A stretch of 64,000 nt of DNA, from the NCBI GenBank assembly GCA_045837725.1, contig JBEWZL010000073.1:124001-188000 (forward strand). The letters are read 5' to 3'. Source of the stretch: Vermamoeba vermiformis. Lineage: Eukaryota. The notes beneath the pieces were generated by a model. That model was given only the letters and a program-made list of their open reading frames with translations. It was not told where the DNA came from and made no database searches. Below are positions 15,777 to 28,225 of the stretch, in pieces. Numbering within the stretch: the stretch's first letter is position 1; each line of letters starts with the position of its first letter. The position numbers were made by a program, and so were the translations under genes.

Positions 15777-18205
15777 TTATTTTTTGGTTTTCTTTACAAT
15801 CTCCACCAAGTACTTGAAGCGCAAAATACAATCTTGTTTGTTTTTTCCAGTTACTTCTGAAGCGATTTTGTCCCTAATTGATGGGTTAATATTTTATTCT
15901 CAGACTATTTATGCTTACCATCGGTCGGGTCCAGCAGTCGCAGGATACTTTCTGAGTGCAGTTTCAAGTTGTTTCTGCTGTTCAGCACTCCATTCTTGCG
16001 TGGCACTTGACTCGGCACTAGCAGGGGTCTCAACAGGTTTGGGAGCATTTGTCGCAGGAGTGGTGCTCGTGTTGGTGCTCAACTGTTCATTGTTCACTAC
16101 GGTAGTATTGGCGCCCACATCTTCGTATCGCTAGGTATTGACCGGTTAGTTCAAGGCCCTTCGGTGGCTATTAATACATACAACTGAGGGTACATTTTGA
16201 GGTTTCTTTGCGGTGACTATTTTCTTTTCTTTCTCGCGGGCAAATCGATCAAATTGTGACTCAACTTCGCGTGTGCCTTTAATCTTGAGATCTTTTCCAG
16301 CAATTAGAACGAGTAAAATGAAAGCAAGTTAGAATGGTACCATCTTCTTTGGCCTGTTTCACTTTGGCAATCACGTCTTGAGGAGTTTTAGTGCCGATGA
16401 ATTCTGAAATTAATTCCCAGCGGTTGGTCACACCACCAGGGTACCGCTTGATCGCCTTGGCAAGTAGTGATAACTCATCGGCATTCCAAATTGCATTGCC
16501 GTGTGCGTCGACTTGCGTCTTTTTGGGCGCTTGTTGTGAGGTTTGTGCAGTCTTGGCTTGTTCAAGGGCTCGTAACTGATTCTCGTTAGTAACATTGCCA
16601 GTGCCAGTAGTACGAGGATTACCTCAGCTTCGAGTGCAGCTTTGCCGGCATCATTGCTTGTGTCAAACGCAGCACAGATCGCAGCCAGTTTCTCCGCATC
16701 GACTTGAGCAATAATGAGCTCCAACTTGTCATCGTTGAAGGCAATCTCTTTGCCAACGCGACGGAGTTTTTGGCGGTTCTTCTTCACAGCGTTCTTTTGG
16801 CGCTCTTTTTCAGCCTTGGCCGCTGCCGCTTCTTCGGCTTTTTTGCGATCTTCTTCTTCTTTGCGCAGTCGCTCAGCTTCTGCTGCTTTTTCGGCCTAAT
16901 ACAACATTAGTAAACGTTTTTAACGAGTGAACGAGTTAGTCGCACCTCTTCGCGCTTCTTTCTCGCGACTTCTTCTTTTTCTTTCTTAATCTTGTCTTTT
17001 CTGGCCTGCTCTTCTTCCTTAATCTTTCGGATGCGCGGATCTACTTTGTAAGCGTTGTCTACGAGCTTGGCAATTCGTTGCATTTCTTCGCGCTTGTGTT
17101 TCGCTTGGCTACGTTCATTTTTCCTCTCCATCCATCGCTTCTCTTCGCGACTCTCAGCTTCTTTGGGATCGTACTCGTCCAAGAAGCTGAAGTCTCGCCA
17201 AGACTTGAAAGCACGCGTTAGTTTGCAAATTTGCTCGTACGAAGGCGATTTCTTACCTTGAATTCGAACCAAAAGTTGTAGAAGCGCTGCACTTGCTCGA
17301 TGGGTGTCTTGTCGTCTCCGAGACCCGGCACACCTCCGCGTGATGACCAGCGTGCATTGCGATCAAACGCTTCACCAAAAATGGAATAAAAGTCTTCGGG
17401 TTTTTTCACTGATTCAGTGCTTGGAATGCTGTCGTCAAATGGACCTTGAGAGTCGTACGCACGCTTTTTCTTGGGATCGCTCAGGGTTTCATAAGCTGTG
17501 CATCAGTTAGCGTCGTACGGAGTGGATACAAAGCACCGCTGCTTACCGATTTGAACTGTTTTGAACATTTCGTCGTCAAAGTCATCGCCTTCTTTTTTCT
17601 TGTCGGGGTGGTACTTCAGCACGGCCTTTTTATCTAGTATATTCGCGTTAGAGCAAAAAAATGCATAAATTGGGCAAGGATAACTTACAAGCTTTTTTAA
17701 TGTCGTCTGGTGTTGCTCTCCAGCGCAGATCGCCCAAACCCATCAACTCATAATAGTCTTCCAATATTTTGGTGGCAATGTGCTGTTTTTTCTTATGCTT
17801 GTAGCTTTCTTCTTCTTGCGCTTCTTGCTCTACAATTAATTAATTTTTAGTATTTTTTTGTTTTGATCGCGATCTGTCAGCACTCCGTAGTGCCTTCATT
17901 TTAGCAAGTTGACGCGCTGATATTATTACCATCCGTTTTCAATTCAGTTTCAGTTGCTTCTTCTTCTTCAAGCTCGGATTCACCACTCAGAAGTTTGATC
18001 AACTGAGAATATGCCTGACCAACTGGTTCTACGTGTATCTTCTTCAATGAACCTTAAATATATTTTTAATAATTATTACGCGAATAACAAATATTTTTCG
18101 GCGTGATCTTTGCGATCTGCTCGATTCGATCTTACACAAGGTTGTCTTGACTTGAGTCTCGGTAGAAGTACCGGCAGGTGCCAATAATATTTCGTCAATA
18201 TCCAT
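15777..18205 (-). CDS. DNAJC2: DnaJ C2 / MPP11 / zuotin-related factor (J domain, zuotin domain, two SANT domains)
   Basis: EPVGQAY, DYYELMGL, KYHPDK, FKSWRDFS, EKRWMER, LVDNAYKVDPRI, SANT repeats YPGGVTNRWE and WSAEQQKQLETALRKYP. Confidence 0.93.
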
Positions 18206-18278
18206 GGCGATCGTGTGCTATCACCGCTTTGAATAAGAAAAAATAAACTGATTTCTGATCACAAACGAAATAACACAG

Positions 18279-19752
18279 ATGGACAAATCAATCAAGAATC
18301 GGAAGCGAGCTGGCCTTGAAGATAAATACGAGCTCGAATATTGTGTCGGCCAAGGAACATTTGGAATGGTCTACAAGGCGAGAGAAAAAAAAAATCGAAA
18401 TCCGGTGGCTATTAAAATGTTCAAAACAACTAAAGAAAAAGAAGGCGAAGGAATTTCATTCACTGCCGTCAGAGAAATTGCAGTAAGATCTTTTTATCGC
18501 GAGATTCGCACTTAATTTAATTTTTAACGTATATTAATATTTTTATATTAGTTATTAAGAGAACTAAAGCACGAAAATATTGTGTCGTTGTTTGACGTAT
18601 TTATAGAACCACAAAACAAGTCGCTTTATTTGGTTTTTGAATACGCCGAGTATGATCTGTTCGTACGTCAATTGTTTAGACCAACAAGTCCATAAATCAC
18701 TGATATTAATGTCAAAAGGAAATCCTAAAAACACACCGTGAACGCAATCAGCCAATTCCCGAAGGCGCCATAAAATCATTTTTGTGGCAGCTCTTGAACG
18801 GCATCCATTACCTGCACGCGAATTGGATCATTCACCGCGACTTGAAGCCGAGCAACATCTTAGTCGCGGGACCGGGCAAAGATGAAGGCACCACCAAGAC
18901 TGGTAAGAGTGCAGTTATGGCTTCAAATAATTTGTTACTCATTGTTTCGCAGCGGATTTTGGTCTCGCGCGTCTATTTCAAGCACCGCTGCGCCCACTTT
19001 CAGAGAACGGTGTCGTGGTCACCATCTGGTACCGCGCGCCAGAGCTGCTCTTGTCGTCAAAGCATTATACAAAAGCTATTGGTATGATCGTGCTTTATTC
19101 TATAGTAGTGGGGCTAATCGATTCTCGTCAGACATTTGGGCTATTGGCTGCATATTTGCCGAGCTCGTCAAAACACAACCGTTATTCCCTGGCAAAGAAA
19201 AGGAGCCGAACAATCCTAAAGCTTTTCAAGATGATCAGTTGAGGAAAATATTTTCCATACTGGGCAGTTTGACGCCTGAGCAGTGGCCTGAATGCAAGTT
19301 ATTGCCCGATTGGTCAAAAATAGAGCATTGGGAGTACGTAGCGCGAGATGCTTCGCGGCATTGTTCGTTTACTCATCGCGTTATTTTGAAGACAATTTCC
19401 ACGCACTCTTCGCCAGCACATGAAACGACTCTCGAACAGTGGGTACGACCTGTTGTCACGCATGCTGGACTATGATCCGAACAAGCGCATCACCGCAGCA
19501 GAAGCTCTCGATCACGAGTACTTCAAAGAAGCACCACTGCCTATGAAAAAGTAAGCGATAGCCATTGTTGCAATTTGTTTAGAAACACTAACGGTAATCT
19601 CAGTGCTTTCGCGTATTTGAATGGTCCGTTGCCATACCCTCCACGTCAAGACATCAAAGCAAAGCGACGAGGTACGCATTTATGAAGTAAAAGCTAGGGA
19701 CAAAACTAACATACATAAAGATGACATTCCACAAGGCAATAATGCAAGATGA
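18279..19752 (+). CDS. CDK8: Cyclin-dependent kinase 8 (Mediator kinase, CDKE-like), multi-exon
   Basis: [83 protein letters not shown]. Confidence 0.9.
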
Positions 19753-19855
19753 GAAAAACCATGTGCCTTTCTGCAGTACACGTGGCAGGGGCCAGCCCGC
19801 AACCCCGAAAATTAATGTGAAAGTTCGCGAAGTACTAACTACGCGCTGCCCACCA

Positions 19856-21727
19856 ATGTCTGTGCTCTCATGCTGCTCGTTGGTTGAATTCTGGATGCGA
19901 CAACAGCGGAATTGGGTTCAAGGGACCAACCCTGCGGCCCTTGCCAGGCAATATTTAAGTCTATTGTACAGTACTCGCAGTTACTTTGGCGGAGTTGCGA
20001 AGTAATATATTAGTGCTTGGTGCGAAAAATAAGTTGCTGAAAAAGCGCTGTATTCCCGCAGTGTAAGTCTCTGAAATTGAATCCAAATTCTGAATTGTTG
20101 TACTAACTCACCGCGTGCAGCACCTACTATTTGCTCGATGAAGATATGACTGAGCTCAGAATGCCCAATCTCGATGAGGTGGATGATACGCTGCTGGACT
20201 TAAGTGAGTCTCCCTAAAGCAGATTCGGAACATGAAGCTGCGTTCAAAATCACCTATATTAACAGCACCCTATTCTCAGTGTCGCGTCGCTGCACACAGT
20301 TGCGTACAATCGATCTCTTCAAGTGCCTGTACTTCACGCACACAGGCCTCGCGACACTCATCGCTGCGCAGCACTCGCTCACGGTACGACGCAGGGGACA
20401 CAAAACTGAATGCATATAATACTGAATGCATATACTACTGAACAAGCACAGCTACTAACACCGTTGCCAGTCGCTCAACTTGAGCAAGTGCGACGCCCTC
20501 ACTGATCGCGCGCTGCAGTGTTTCCGTTCAATGAATTCGCTGCATCACTGGCCAGGGCGTGCTCGATGTCGTGCGCGGGTAAGTACCACGGAGCAGTATT
20601 GTGTGCATGACCGCAGACTGACCACGCACAGCTGCGCAGACTTGGTGCAGCTCGATGTGTCGCGTGACAGCCAATGACAGCACTGACAGCGCTATTTTTA
20701 GATCAGCACGCACTGTCGGTCACTGATCTGGCTCAATCTCGCGCTCTGCATCGGAATTACTCCGCACTCCTTCGCCGAATTCATCGCGCACGTGCCACAC
20801 CACTCTGCACGTGCTCAACTTGCGCAGCTGTCGCGCCAATGTTCGAGATAGTCTTCGAGATACATATTTGCAGCTCTACGGTGCCTTGTATTTGCAGCGC
20901 GATGCACTGCTGCAATCCTTGCCTCGTCTCGCCAAGTTGCGTGAACTGCACTTCTCAGGTGCGCAGAACAACTGCACTGTTTGAACACGGCACTGACAGC
21001 TTGACAGGCACAGGTACCGCCAAGAGGCTGACAATCACGTGGTGCACGAGATTGCAGCGCAGTGCACGCGACTGCAGGTGTTGGATCTGAGTGGCTGCGT
21101 GACCATCACCGGTGCGTAGACATCTGCGTTGTATTTGCACCAATTCTCACGCTCTAACAATAGATGATGCGACACGTGCCATTGCCAAACACGTGCGCGG
21201 GCTGCACACGCTGAATCTGTCCATCTGCGTGTCCGTGCGTGACTGGCGCGTGATTGTGGAGATTGTGCGCGCCAACACAGCACTGCGCTACATTGCACTC
21301 TCGGGACTCAAGTGTGAGTGGTGCGCAGAGATCTCGAATATGTACGTGCCTCATAGATACACCTATATACATATGCAACTGTCATAATAACACTCGCACA
21401 GCTCTCCCTGACCAGTCACTCGCAGATCAGCGACGCAGCCCTCGCGCAGTTAGGACAGCACTGTCGTCAGGTGCGCGAGTTGTGGCTCAAGGGCTGCATG
21501 CACGTCACTGATGCAGGTCTCAAACACTTGGCACACTGCAAGCAACTGCGAGAGCTCGGACTGTAGGGCATACGCGGCGTAACGGGCAGAGCGCTGCTGC
21601 AGCTGTGTGCTGACTGCTGGGGACTGCGCGAGCTCGTTTTGAGTGGCTGTGTGGGTGTAACGGACCCCAGTGCATCGATCGGCTCAAGCAGCAGCGCGTT
21701 GCCGTGTTCAAATCTAATCTGCTCTAA
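19856..21727 (+). CDS. Cysteine-containing LRR protein (AMN1/FBXL-like) with several apparent frameshifts; pseudogene or consensus errors
   Basis: Repeated LxxLxLxxCxxITD units (LQVLDLSGCVTIT, LHTLNLSIC, LWLKGCMHVTDAGL, LVLSGCVGVTD) with GT-AG introns; the frame cannot be kept continuous in several places. Confidence 0.65.
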
Positions 21728-22952
21728 TTGCTTGTAATTACCTTAAAATATAAGTGGTGTTCTTGGACCGTTACTCTTGGTGAATTGTTAAATCAGTATC
21801 ACAACGTGCTGCATATTAAATTGCGGTACAAAATGTTGTCACTCTGTTGCGGGCGAAAAAATGTGTTATTTTTCATGAAAAGCTGATCTGATTCAGTAAG
21901 GGACCACGTGCATATTCGCGTTAATCAGTAATACGGATGCGCATTAGTTCAAGTGGTGGATTTTGACCAACGGAATATGGTCAAGAAATTGATCACCGGG
22001 CAATATGCACCGCTTGCCCTTCGGAAAGCAAAATTTCTAGACAACAATGCGTAACTCACATTCTCAGCCTGGTACAACACTCAATAACGATTGTCTTTCA
22101 TTGGCGTGCTTGTCGTGGTGTGTTCTAGAGGGAGCAATCGTTGTTCGGCAAAACCAACCGTAAACAAAACACCTTGTGCTCCTATTCACCATTGGTTCGT
22201 GCTCGACGATGCTTCGCAGTATGGAGTATATCGATTTGTTGTCATAGACGCATTAGTTAGAACACAAAATCACCAGATCGAGAACAAACCTTGAAAAAAA
22301 TTCGTTTTTTAAAGATCCTGCTGATGATAAATTTTGGCTCACGTTAATCCTTAATGGCGAATGGACGGAGAGTGATCACGATTGTATTCAGAAGTTATTG
22401 TCTGCAGAGTCGTGGAAAAGAAATAGGCGATATAGCTATTTTAAAATTCCTGACGACACTCTGTACAAACAGAAGAAGAAATTAACGTTGTATTTTAAAG
22501 AATAATAGGAATAAAATTGGCATTAAAGATAAAAAAAAAAAAAAAAAATTCGTTTTGGTAAAGAGTGTCATAGTAAAGCGCTTTGCTCATATAAAAGCTT
22601 CTTTTCGCTTTCAGCTCAGAACGGAGCACTTTGAAATGTATCTATAGATCTCTGTTTGTTCTCTTACGGATTGTTGCCGCTCTAAGTTCTGCGTACAGTT
22701 AATTAAATCGACCTTAATCAGCAAGCTTTAATGCCACGATATTAACGTATATTGAATGCCATTTGGCGATAAAGGCTTGTTAAAACGATTTGAACTTTAC
22801 GCATAAGTAAATCGGTTTTAAACGCTTTGTATTACCTCTTATTGACCACTTTTACGCGTCATTATTATGCACTCAAGGTGTTTAAAAAGATGACCCTTGC
22901 GAATGTGCAACGCAAAATAGTGTCGCAAAGGGTTGGATTCGAAAAGATGGTG

Positions 22953-23475
22953 TTTTTCTTCATGAAGAACCGATTTTTTCGTGAAAGAGGTCAAACTTTG
23001 GTCAAACGATGCATCACGACAGCGTGTCCTTACACGTGAACCCTTGTAATAAGTCGTGGTTTTTATATCAAAATACAAAAAAGAATAAAATTTAAAATTG
23101 TGTATCTAAATATCTCGCGTAGAATCTCGACCACAGCTCACCCTTGGTCACGTAGATAAAGCGCGACCAAAAGTTATGTTGTATAAGAAATTAGGATCTG
23201 TACAAACTAAGTTAAGGTCGGATTTAGGTAAATAGTAGTCGGAGATAGTACAGTGTCAACAACATCGATTTCCATGCTATTTGTTATCATGGAAGTATCA
23301 GAAAAAAAACAAAAAGGTTTGATCTGGTTGGGACAAAAATAATTTCAAGGAACGAAAAAAAAAATACCGACGATAAAACAGCTTTACTTACCTTTGAATA
23401 ACTCGTAGTAGACGTTATGAGCCGTCATGGTAATGTATTTCGGTGATATAAAAGCATGCTTGCAATTTTGGCTCA
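22953..23475 (+). repeat. Modular dispersed repeat, copy 3, at the left edge of the island
   Basis: Modules A (22953-23006), B (23021-23041), C (23264-23295), D (23382-23475); also CTGTACAAACTAAGTT shared with ~6179. Confidence 0.85.
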
Positions 23476-23607
23476 GCACGTATAAGACTTCGATTACGTT
23501 TTATTCCCTTGGGAAGCGATTAACTTCTGTTGAGCACGCTTCTTTTTGTTGCATTTCTTATAGCACAACGAGGAACTCACCTGTTACTCATTTCGTTGTG
23601 CTCCAAA

Positions 23608-23872
23608 TATCCCATTTAGTTGCTTGTTATTAACCGTTACTGTGCAATTAATTTAATTCTTTATTCGACAAAGGAAACTTATCTACATTACGGTAGGCAC
23701 GAGTGACTTACGCGCTGAGAGCACCACCACCACCAACTTGGTAATAATGACGGAACCGATCTAGTGTTAGCTGCATTACTATCACGTACAGATAAGACTA
23801 GAATGCAGTACTACATACCTGCACGCGTTGTTTGAATGCCGTGGCTTGATTGTGTGCAGCTTGACCAATTGA
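23608..23872 (-). pseudogene. Deleted duplicate fragment of the SRP54 locus (3' flank joined to internal exon/intron sequence)
   Basis: 23608-23688 matches 6394-6476 and 23684-23872 matches 7416-7617, joined at a shared TACAT; intron sequence retained. Confidence 0.9.
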
Positions 23873-24830
23873 ATTTCAAATTAGATAATTTGCAGGATCA
23901 AATTTAACATTCGCATTACCTGTAAATACGTGCTTGCGTAATTATTATTTAGACCTCCTGAATCTTTTGTTGAAATTACTTGCAAAAACAAGTGCGGGGC
24001 CAAAGTTTAGTCTCTGTTTGTTCCAACGGTTGTCGGTGTGCTCTATTTAGAATACAAAATTACTGCAGTAGAGATTACAGAAAATGATATTTGCCAATTT
24101 AGTTTGAATGGAAATGCTATTATACTTCAGATATTTTGTTACAGAACTCAGCTTTTTATCTGGATTGTAACACTTTGGTTCAGTTGTTTTTTGATGTTAG
24201 TGAGTTGCTGCAAACTGACTTGCAAGGGACCAAGAATTTTGAAATGTGTATGCCACACTAGATCTTGTGGTGGTGCCTTACTGGAGGTTGAAGTGAATGT
24301 GACATCATACAGGTGGGCAGCAATACATTCCGCTGCTATACGTAACGTATATACAATATATTGGTGGCTGGGCTTCATCTGGCAACCAAATTGACACGAG
24401 AAACCTCATTTCAAGGGAAAATACATGAATGGTGGAAATGAGGTTACACTATAGTATGGCATATGTGATAAGCTCAAATAGTAATATTTTATAGTTTTAG
24501 CTCAAAATTCCACATTCAACCACATGTTGTACATACTAAATGAACAAGTTGTTAGAAATATTTTGCATTTAACTTCTCTTGTTTGTTTTGTGGCAATAAG
24601 GTCTGCTAATTGGAATGTCAAAATAAATTATGAAAGAATGCAATCTAAAACTTGGTCAACCCACCGACTAATTACTCACACATCTTGCTTTTAATTCACC
24701 TAGTTGCTGATTTATTTGGAAAGTAATTTTCGTTTATTTTTTTAAAAAAATGTTAACTTTTTTTGATGTTTTAGTGTTGATTTTTAATATTCCATTAATC
24801 TTTCATTGAATGGTTATCCACTAAAATAAC

Positions 24831-25889
24831 ATGAGTGTGAGCAACTTTGCCCTGCAACAATTACGTACTATTTCAGATTTCTGTGGGAACAGTTATGATG
24901 AAGCTAGACAGTATTTCGAGAATTATATTGGCTTGTGGTTGGGAAATATTGAGTTAAAATCTTCTGAGCGATGGCAATCGTGGATTACGGATGATAACAG
25001 CCCTTTTGACTGGAGCATTGTAATAACAAAAGAAGGAGCAATACCAAGAATAGTTTTTGAGCCACAAGGGGAAAAGAATGATGCTGCAAGCATGAAAATG
25101 AAAGCTTTTGAATATGTTAAATTTATAGCAAAGCACAGCTTGATTAATGATAAGTTTTTATTGGTAGAAAAACTTCTTCAAGAAACAAGCAATAAGAATC
25201 TTTGGTTTGCAACAGACTTTACTCCTTCACCCTTGTTTAAAATCTACTTTGGAGGACTTACTGATGAGCTTTATCAAAGTATTTACAATATTCTGGAAAT
25301 TCAAAGTCAAGTTTCTGACACAATACAGCACTTGGCTGGATTTGAATACTTAATAGAAGGGATATCCCTTGATCTAAATGAACAAAAGGATAACCGAGTA
25401 AAGCTTTACTGTCGAATCAGCAATTTTGAGACTGAAAAAGTGGTGAACCTAATTCAGAAATCATGCAAAGTATACGATCCAACAGTTAAATCGCTGTTAA
25501 ATGCTTTTGCTATTGGCAACAATTGTATTATACACAAACGATATGAAGGAGAGTGTTATATACCATCGAATATACTATTGACATTTGTTTATGTCAAAAA
25601 CTATCCAAGGGCTGTTTGTGCAAAGGTGCATGTGCCTGTACGATTTCACTTCTCAAATGATGAGTCTTTGCTAAGTGTAGCAGCTGCATTTATTGAACAA
25701 AATTTTTCTGCAAGCTTGGCAGACTCCTACAAAAAATTTATTCAAAATATGGCGGTGCACCGAGAGCTTAGTAAACGGACTGGAATTCAAAGTTTGATTT
25801 CTTATTCAAATACTACTGGGGATGATCCTGAACTAACAGTTTACATCTCTCCAGAGATGTATGCACCTGAAAGGTATACTCAACCTTGA
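24831..25889 (+). CDS. DMATS-type (ABBA) aromatic/indole prenyltransferase, intronless
   Basis: DDNSPFDWS..PRIVFEP, WFATDF..FKIYF, SLDL....RVKLY, KVHVPVR..SND, GIQSLISY...LTVYISPEMY follow the Trp-DMATS family pattern; 352 aa, close to bacterial members in length. Confidence 0.82.
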   Translation: MSVSNFALQQLRTISDFCGNSYDEARQYFENYIGLWLGNIELKSSERWQSWITDDNSPFDWSIVITKEGAIPRIVFEPQGEKNDAASMKMKAFEYVKFIAKHSLINDKFLLVEKLLQETSNKNLWFATDFTPSPLFKIYFGGLTDELYQSIYNILEIQSQVSDTIQHLAGFEYLIEGISLDLNEQKDNRVKLYCRISNFETEKVVNLIQKSCKVYDPTVKSLLNAFAIGNNCIIHKRYEGECYIPSNILLTFVYVKNYPRAVCAKVHVPVRFHFSNDESLLSVAAAFIEQNFSASLADSYKKFIQNMAVHRELSKRTGIQSLISYSNTTGDDPELTVYISPEMYAPERYTQP

Positions 25890-26255
25890 AGTAATGAAAC
25901 TTATAAATAAATGCCAATTTTGTGAAAAGTGCACAGATAGTTTTTGGCTGGGCTTTTTTAGAAAGTTAACGAAATTACAAACAAGTTTATAATGTTCTGC
26001 AATGCTTTATTGCTGGAATCAAGTGATAAACATTATCTCACTGAATGCCCCTATCTGATCATCTGCAAAGGGTAACGAAAACACCCCCTCTTATGCTGGG
26101 CGACATTTATCAACAATCATTTTTCTTGAGTTTGTAGGAAAATCTGGATGCCAACGAAAAAAATGCAACATTTTCATTTCATGAAATTGCTGGTTTCAAA
26201 AACAAGCCAAAATTCAATAGTTTTGCTTCTGTTTATTTTCATTTCATTTGGCCCA

Positions 26256-27593
26256 ATGGATACCAATACAAATATTAAAAGGGTTTTTGGGGTCCAAGAA
26301 GACTTCTCTAAAACTTTTGTAATTGAACCTGAGATAGTATTTGATACAAAAGGTAAAACTACAGAGGAGATTTCTGCCTTCATCAAAGTTCACTATGATG
26401 CTGGGAAAAAGATCAATCTTAGAGGATCTGGACACTCGACAAATAAAAGAAATGTTGGTAATGAAGTGTTGATTAGTAATTTTGAAGACACCTTGATCCC
26501 AGAACTAAAAGAAGACAGTATTGAGATATCAACAGCAGCTAATTTAGAATATCTAGAAGACTACTTGCAAAAAAATGGAAAGCACTTGGTTTGTTTACAA
26601 GATTGGACAAGATTAACCATTGGTGGATCAATATGTGTTGGAGGGGCAGGATGGGAGTCAGCCAAATATGGAACACAAGCAAATCAAGTAGAAAGCTTAC
26701 AAGTTATATTGCCAAGTGGGGAAGTAGTAAAATGCGATAAAAATGAGAATAGAAATTTGTTTCTCCATACATTAGCTGGCTTAGGGATGACTGGCTTCAT
26801 TAGATCTGTTAAAATTAAAATATACGACTACCTGCCCTTCTATGGATCTTATACCACCTGTTTTTCATCCCTAGAAGATTATTTCAAATATCTGCCTTCA
26901 ATTATTGAAAAATTTTGGACAGATGACTTGGATTTGTTGAATGGAGGAGTTCACTTGAAAATGTACAAAGAGGCCAGAATATCATATGGTAAAAGGTTTT
27001 TAACTGGTGAAGAAGCAAAAGCTTGGAATGGCCAGATTGAAGATGCAGCTTTTAAATACACTTTTAAAAAAGTTAACACGGGACTTCCTGCCAAAATGCC
27101 ACGTGAGATTCTAGAGAATTTGCAGGATTATCAATTATGGTGTGACTTTGCCTTACCAAGCTTGGACAGCATCAAATTGGTTCTCTCAGAATGCCTTGGA
27201 AAAGATTTATATAGCTCCCCCATTAAGCAGTGGAACGAACAAACTTCTATTTTAAAAAACCTTGTTTATATTACATTTGGCTACGTCCGTAATGTAGACC
27301 CTAAAATTCCCCTTGGTATGGTTCCAGCAAATTGTGGTGAATTAGCACATACTGTTGGTTTTGCGTACAATACTGCGAGCAAAAGCGATATTAGCAAAAT
27401 TCAAGAAGGCTGTGATTATTTGAAAATGATAGTACAAAAGCATGGTGGAAGGAGCTATAATTATGGTTTTCATTCTTTTACAGAGCAAGATGCATTAAGG
27501 ATGTATGGGAATGATTGGATAACTGCTCAACAGCTAATGCTTGAGTTAGATCCAAGAGGAACTTGGAATAAAGTGAACACAATACCGGTTTAA
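26256..27593 (+). CDS. FAD-linked oxidoreductase (VAO/PCMH family, cytokinin dehydrogenase-like N-terminal half), intronless
   Basis: RGSGHS covalent-FAD motif, LTIGGSICVGG.G..S.KYG.Q...V..L.V....GE...C, LF...LAGLG..G.I, C-terminal LDPRG.WN; alternative start at 26148. Confidence 0.85.
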   Translation: MDTNTNIKRVFGVQEDFSKTFVIEPEIVFDTKGKTTEEISAFIKVHYDAGKKINLRGSGHSTNKRNVGNEVLISNFEDTLIPELKEDSIEISTAANLEYLEDYLQKNGKHLVCLQDWTRLTIGGSICVGGAGWESAKYGTQANQVESLQVILPSGEVVKCDKNENRNLFLHTLAGLGMTGFIRSVKIKIYDYLPFYGSYTTCFSSLEDYFKYLPSIIEKFWTDDLDLLNGGVHLKMYKEARISYGKRFLTGEEAKAWNGQIEDAAFKYTFKKVNTGLPAKMPREILENLQDYQLWCDFALPSLDSIKLVLSECLGKDLYSSPIKQWNEQTSILKNLVYITFGYVRNVDPKIPLGMVPANCGELAHTVGFAYNTASKSDISKIQEGCDYLKMIVQKHGGRSYNYGFHSFTEQDALRMYGNDWITAQQLMLELDPRGTWNKVNTIPV

Positions 27594-28225
27594 TTTACAA
27601 CTTTAATTAGGATTATTAACACCAAAACAATAGAAAAGATGATTTTGTATATTTTAAAAGCCAAGTCAGATTTGGGGAAAAATCGAACATAAAACAGGAT
27701 ATACACACTTTTTTCTGTCCAATGATATGATTCCTTCAGTAAAAATGGAATATCTTCCACTACCATGTGTCTTATTGCCAAGCACGGAATCTTGCTTTGA
27801 AGAGGAAAAAAATCCTTGTTATGCATCCCAGGAGATTTGTTTCCAAGGTAAAATTCCCCTATCATTAAGCCTTTAGAAACAAACTCTGGCTTTAGAACCC
27901 TTTGTAGCTTATCCAGCAAAGAAAAATCAGTTAGCCAAGGCATAAATACAACAAAAGCGTAATCAGAGTCCAAAGAAGCTAGCTTTGTTTTGAGATTTGT
28001 GAATAACTTTGCAATGTCTGTGGTTAAAGCTGGCTGATTGATTATTATGGTAGTCACTTTCCCATATTTAATTGATAAAGGCATGAAAGGACATACTGCA
28101 CCAGTTCTACCTAATTTACCATGCGGTCTGCAGAGGTAGTCGTAATAAAAACTTTTGATATCATTGTGGGTGTCAGAATGCAATGAGTTTAACTCTTGGA
28201 TAGTTAATTCATCTTGTTGTGCCAT
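27590..28225 (-). CDS. DUF6875-like protein with C-terminal hydrophobic anchor (paralogue 1)
   Basis: YLCRPHGKLGRTGAVCPFM, GLMIGEFY...SPGMHN.DF.PLQS.IPCLAIRHMV.ED; stop overlaps the oxidase stop. Confidence 0.7.
   Translation of the reverse strand: MAQQDELTIQELNSLHSDTHNDIKSFYYDYLCRPHGKLGRTGAVCPFMPLSIKYGKVTTIIINQPALTTDIAKLFTNLKTKLASLDSDYAFVVFMPWLTDFSLLDKLQRVLKPEFVSKGLMIGEFYLGNKSPGMHNKDFFPLQSKIPCLAIRHMVVEDIPFLLKESYHWTEKSVYILFYVRFFPKSDLAFKIYKIIFSIVLVLIILIKVVN

Noticed and set aside
22345-22785. TTAA-flanked MITE with ends CCTTAATGGCGAATGG / CCATTTGGCGATAAAGG
   Set aside because: The inverted match is imperfect and offset from the TTAA sites; not supportable without other copies.
23880-24800. 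ORFs 24038-24394(+) and 24148-24378(-)
   Set aside because: No recognisable motif and no convincing start or splice pattern; treated as spacer or decayed sequence.
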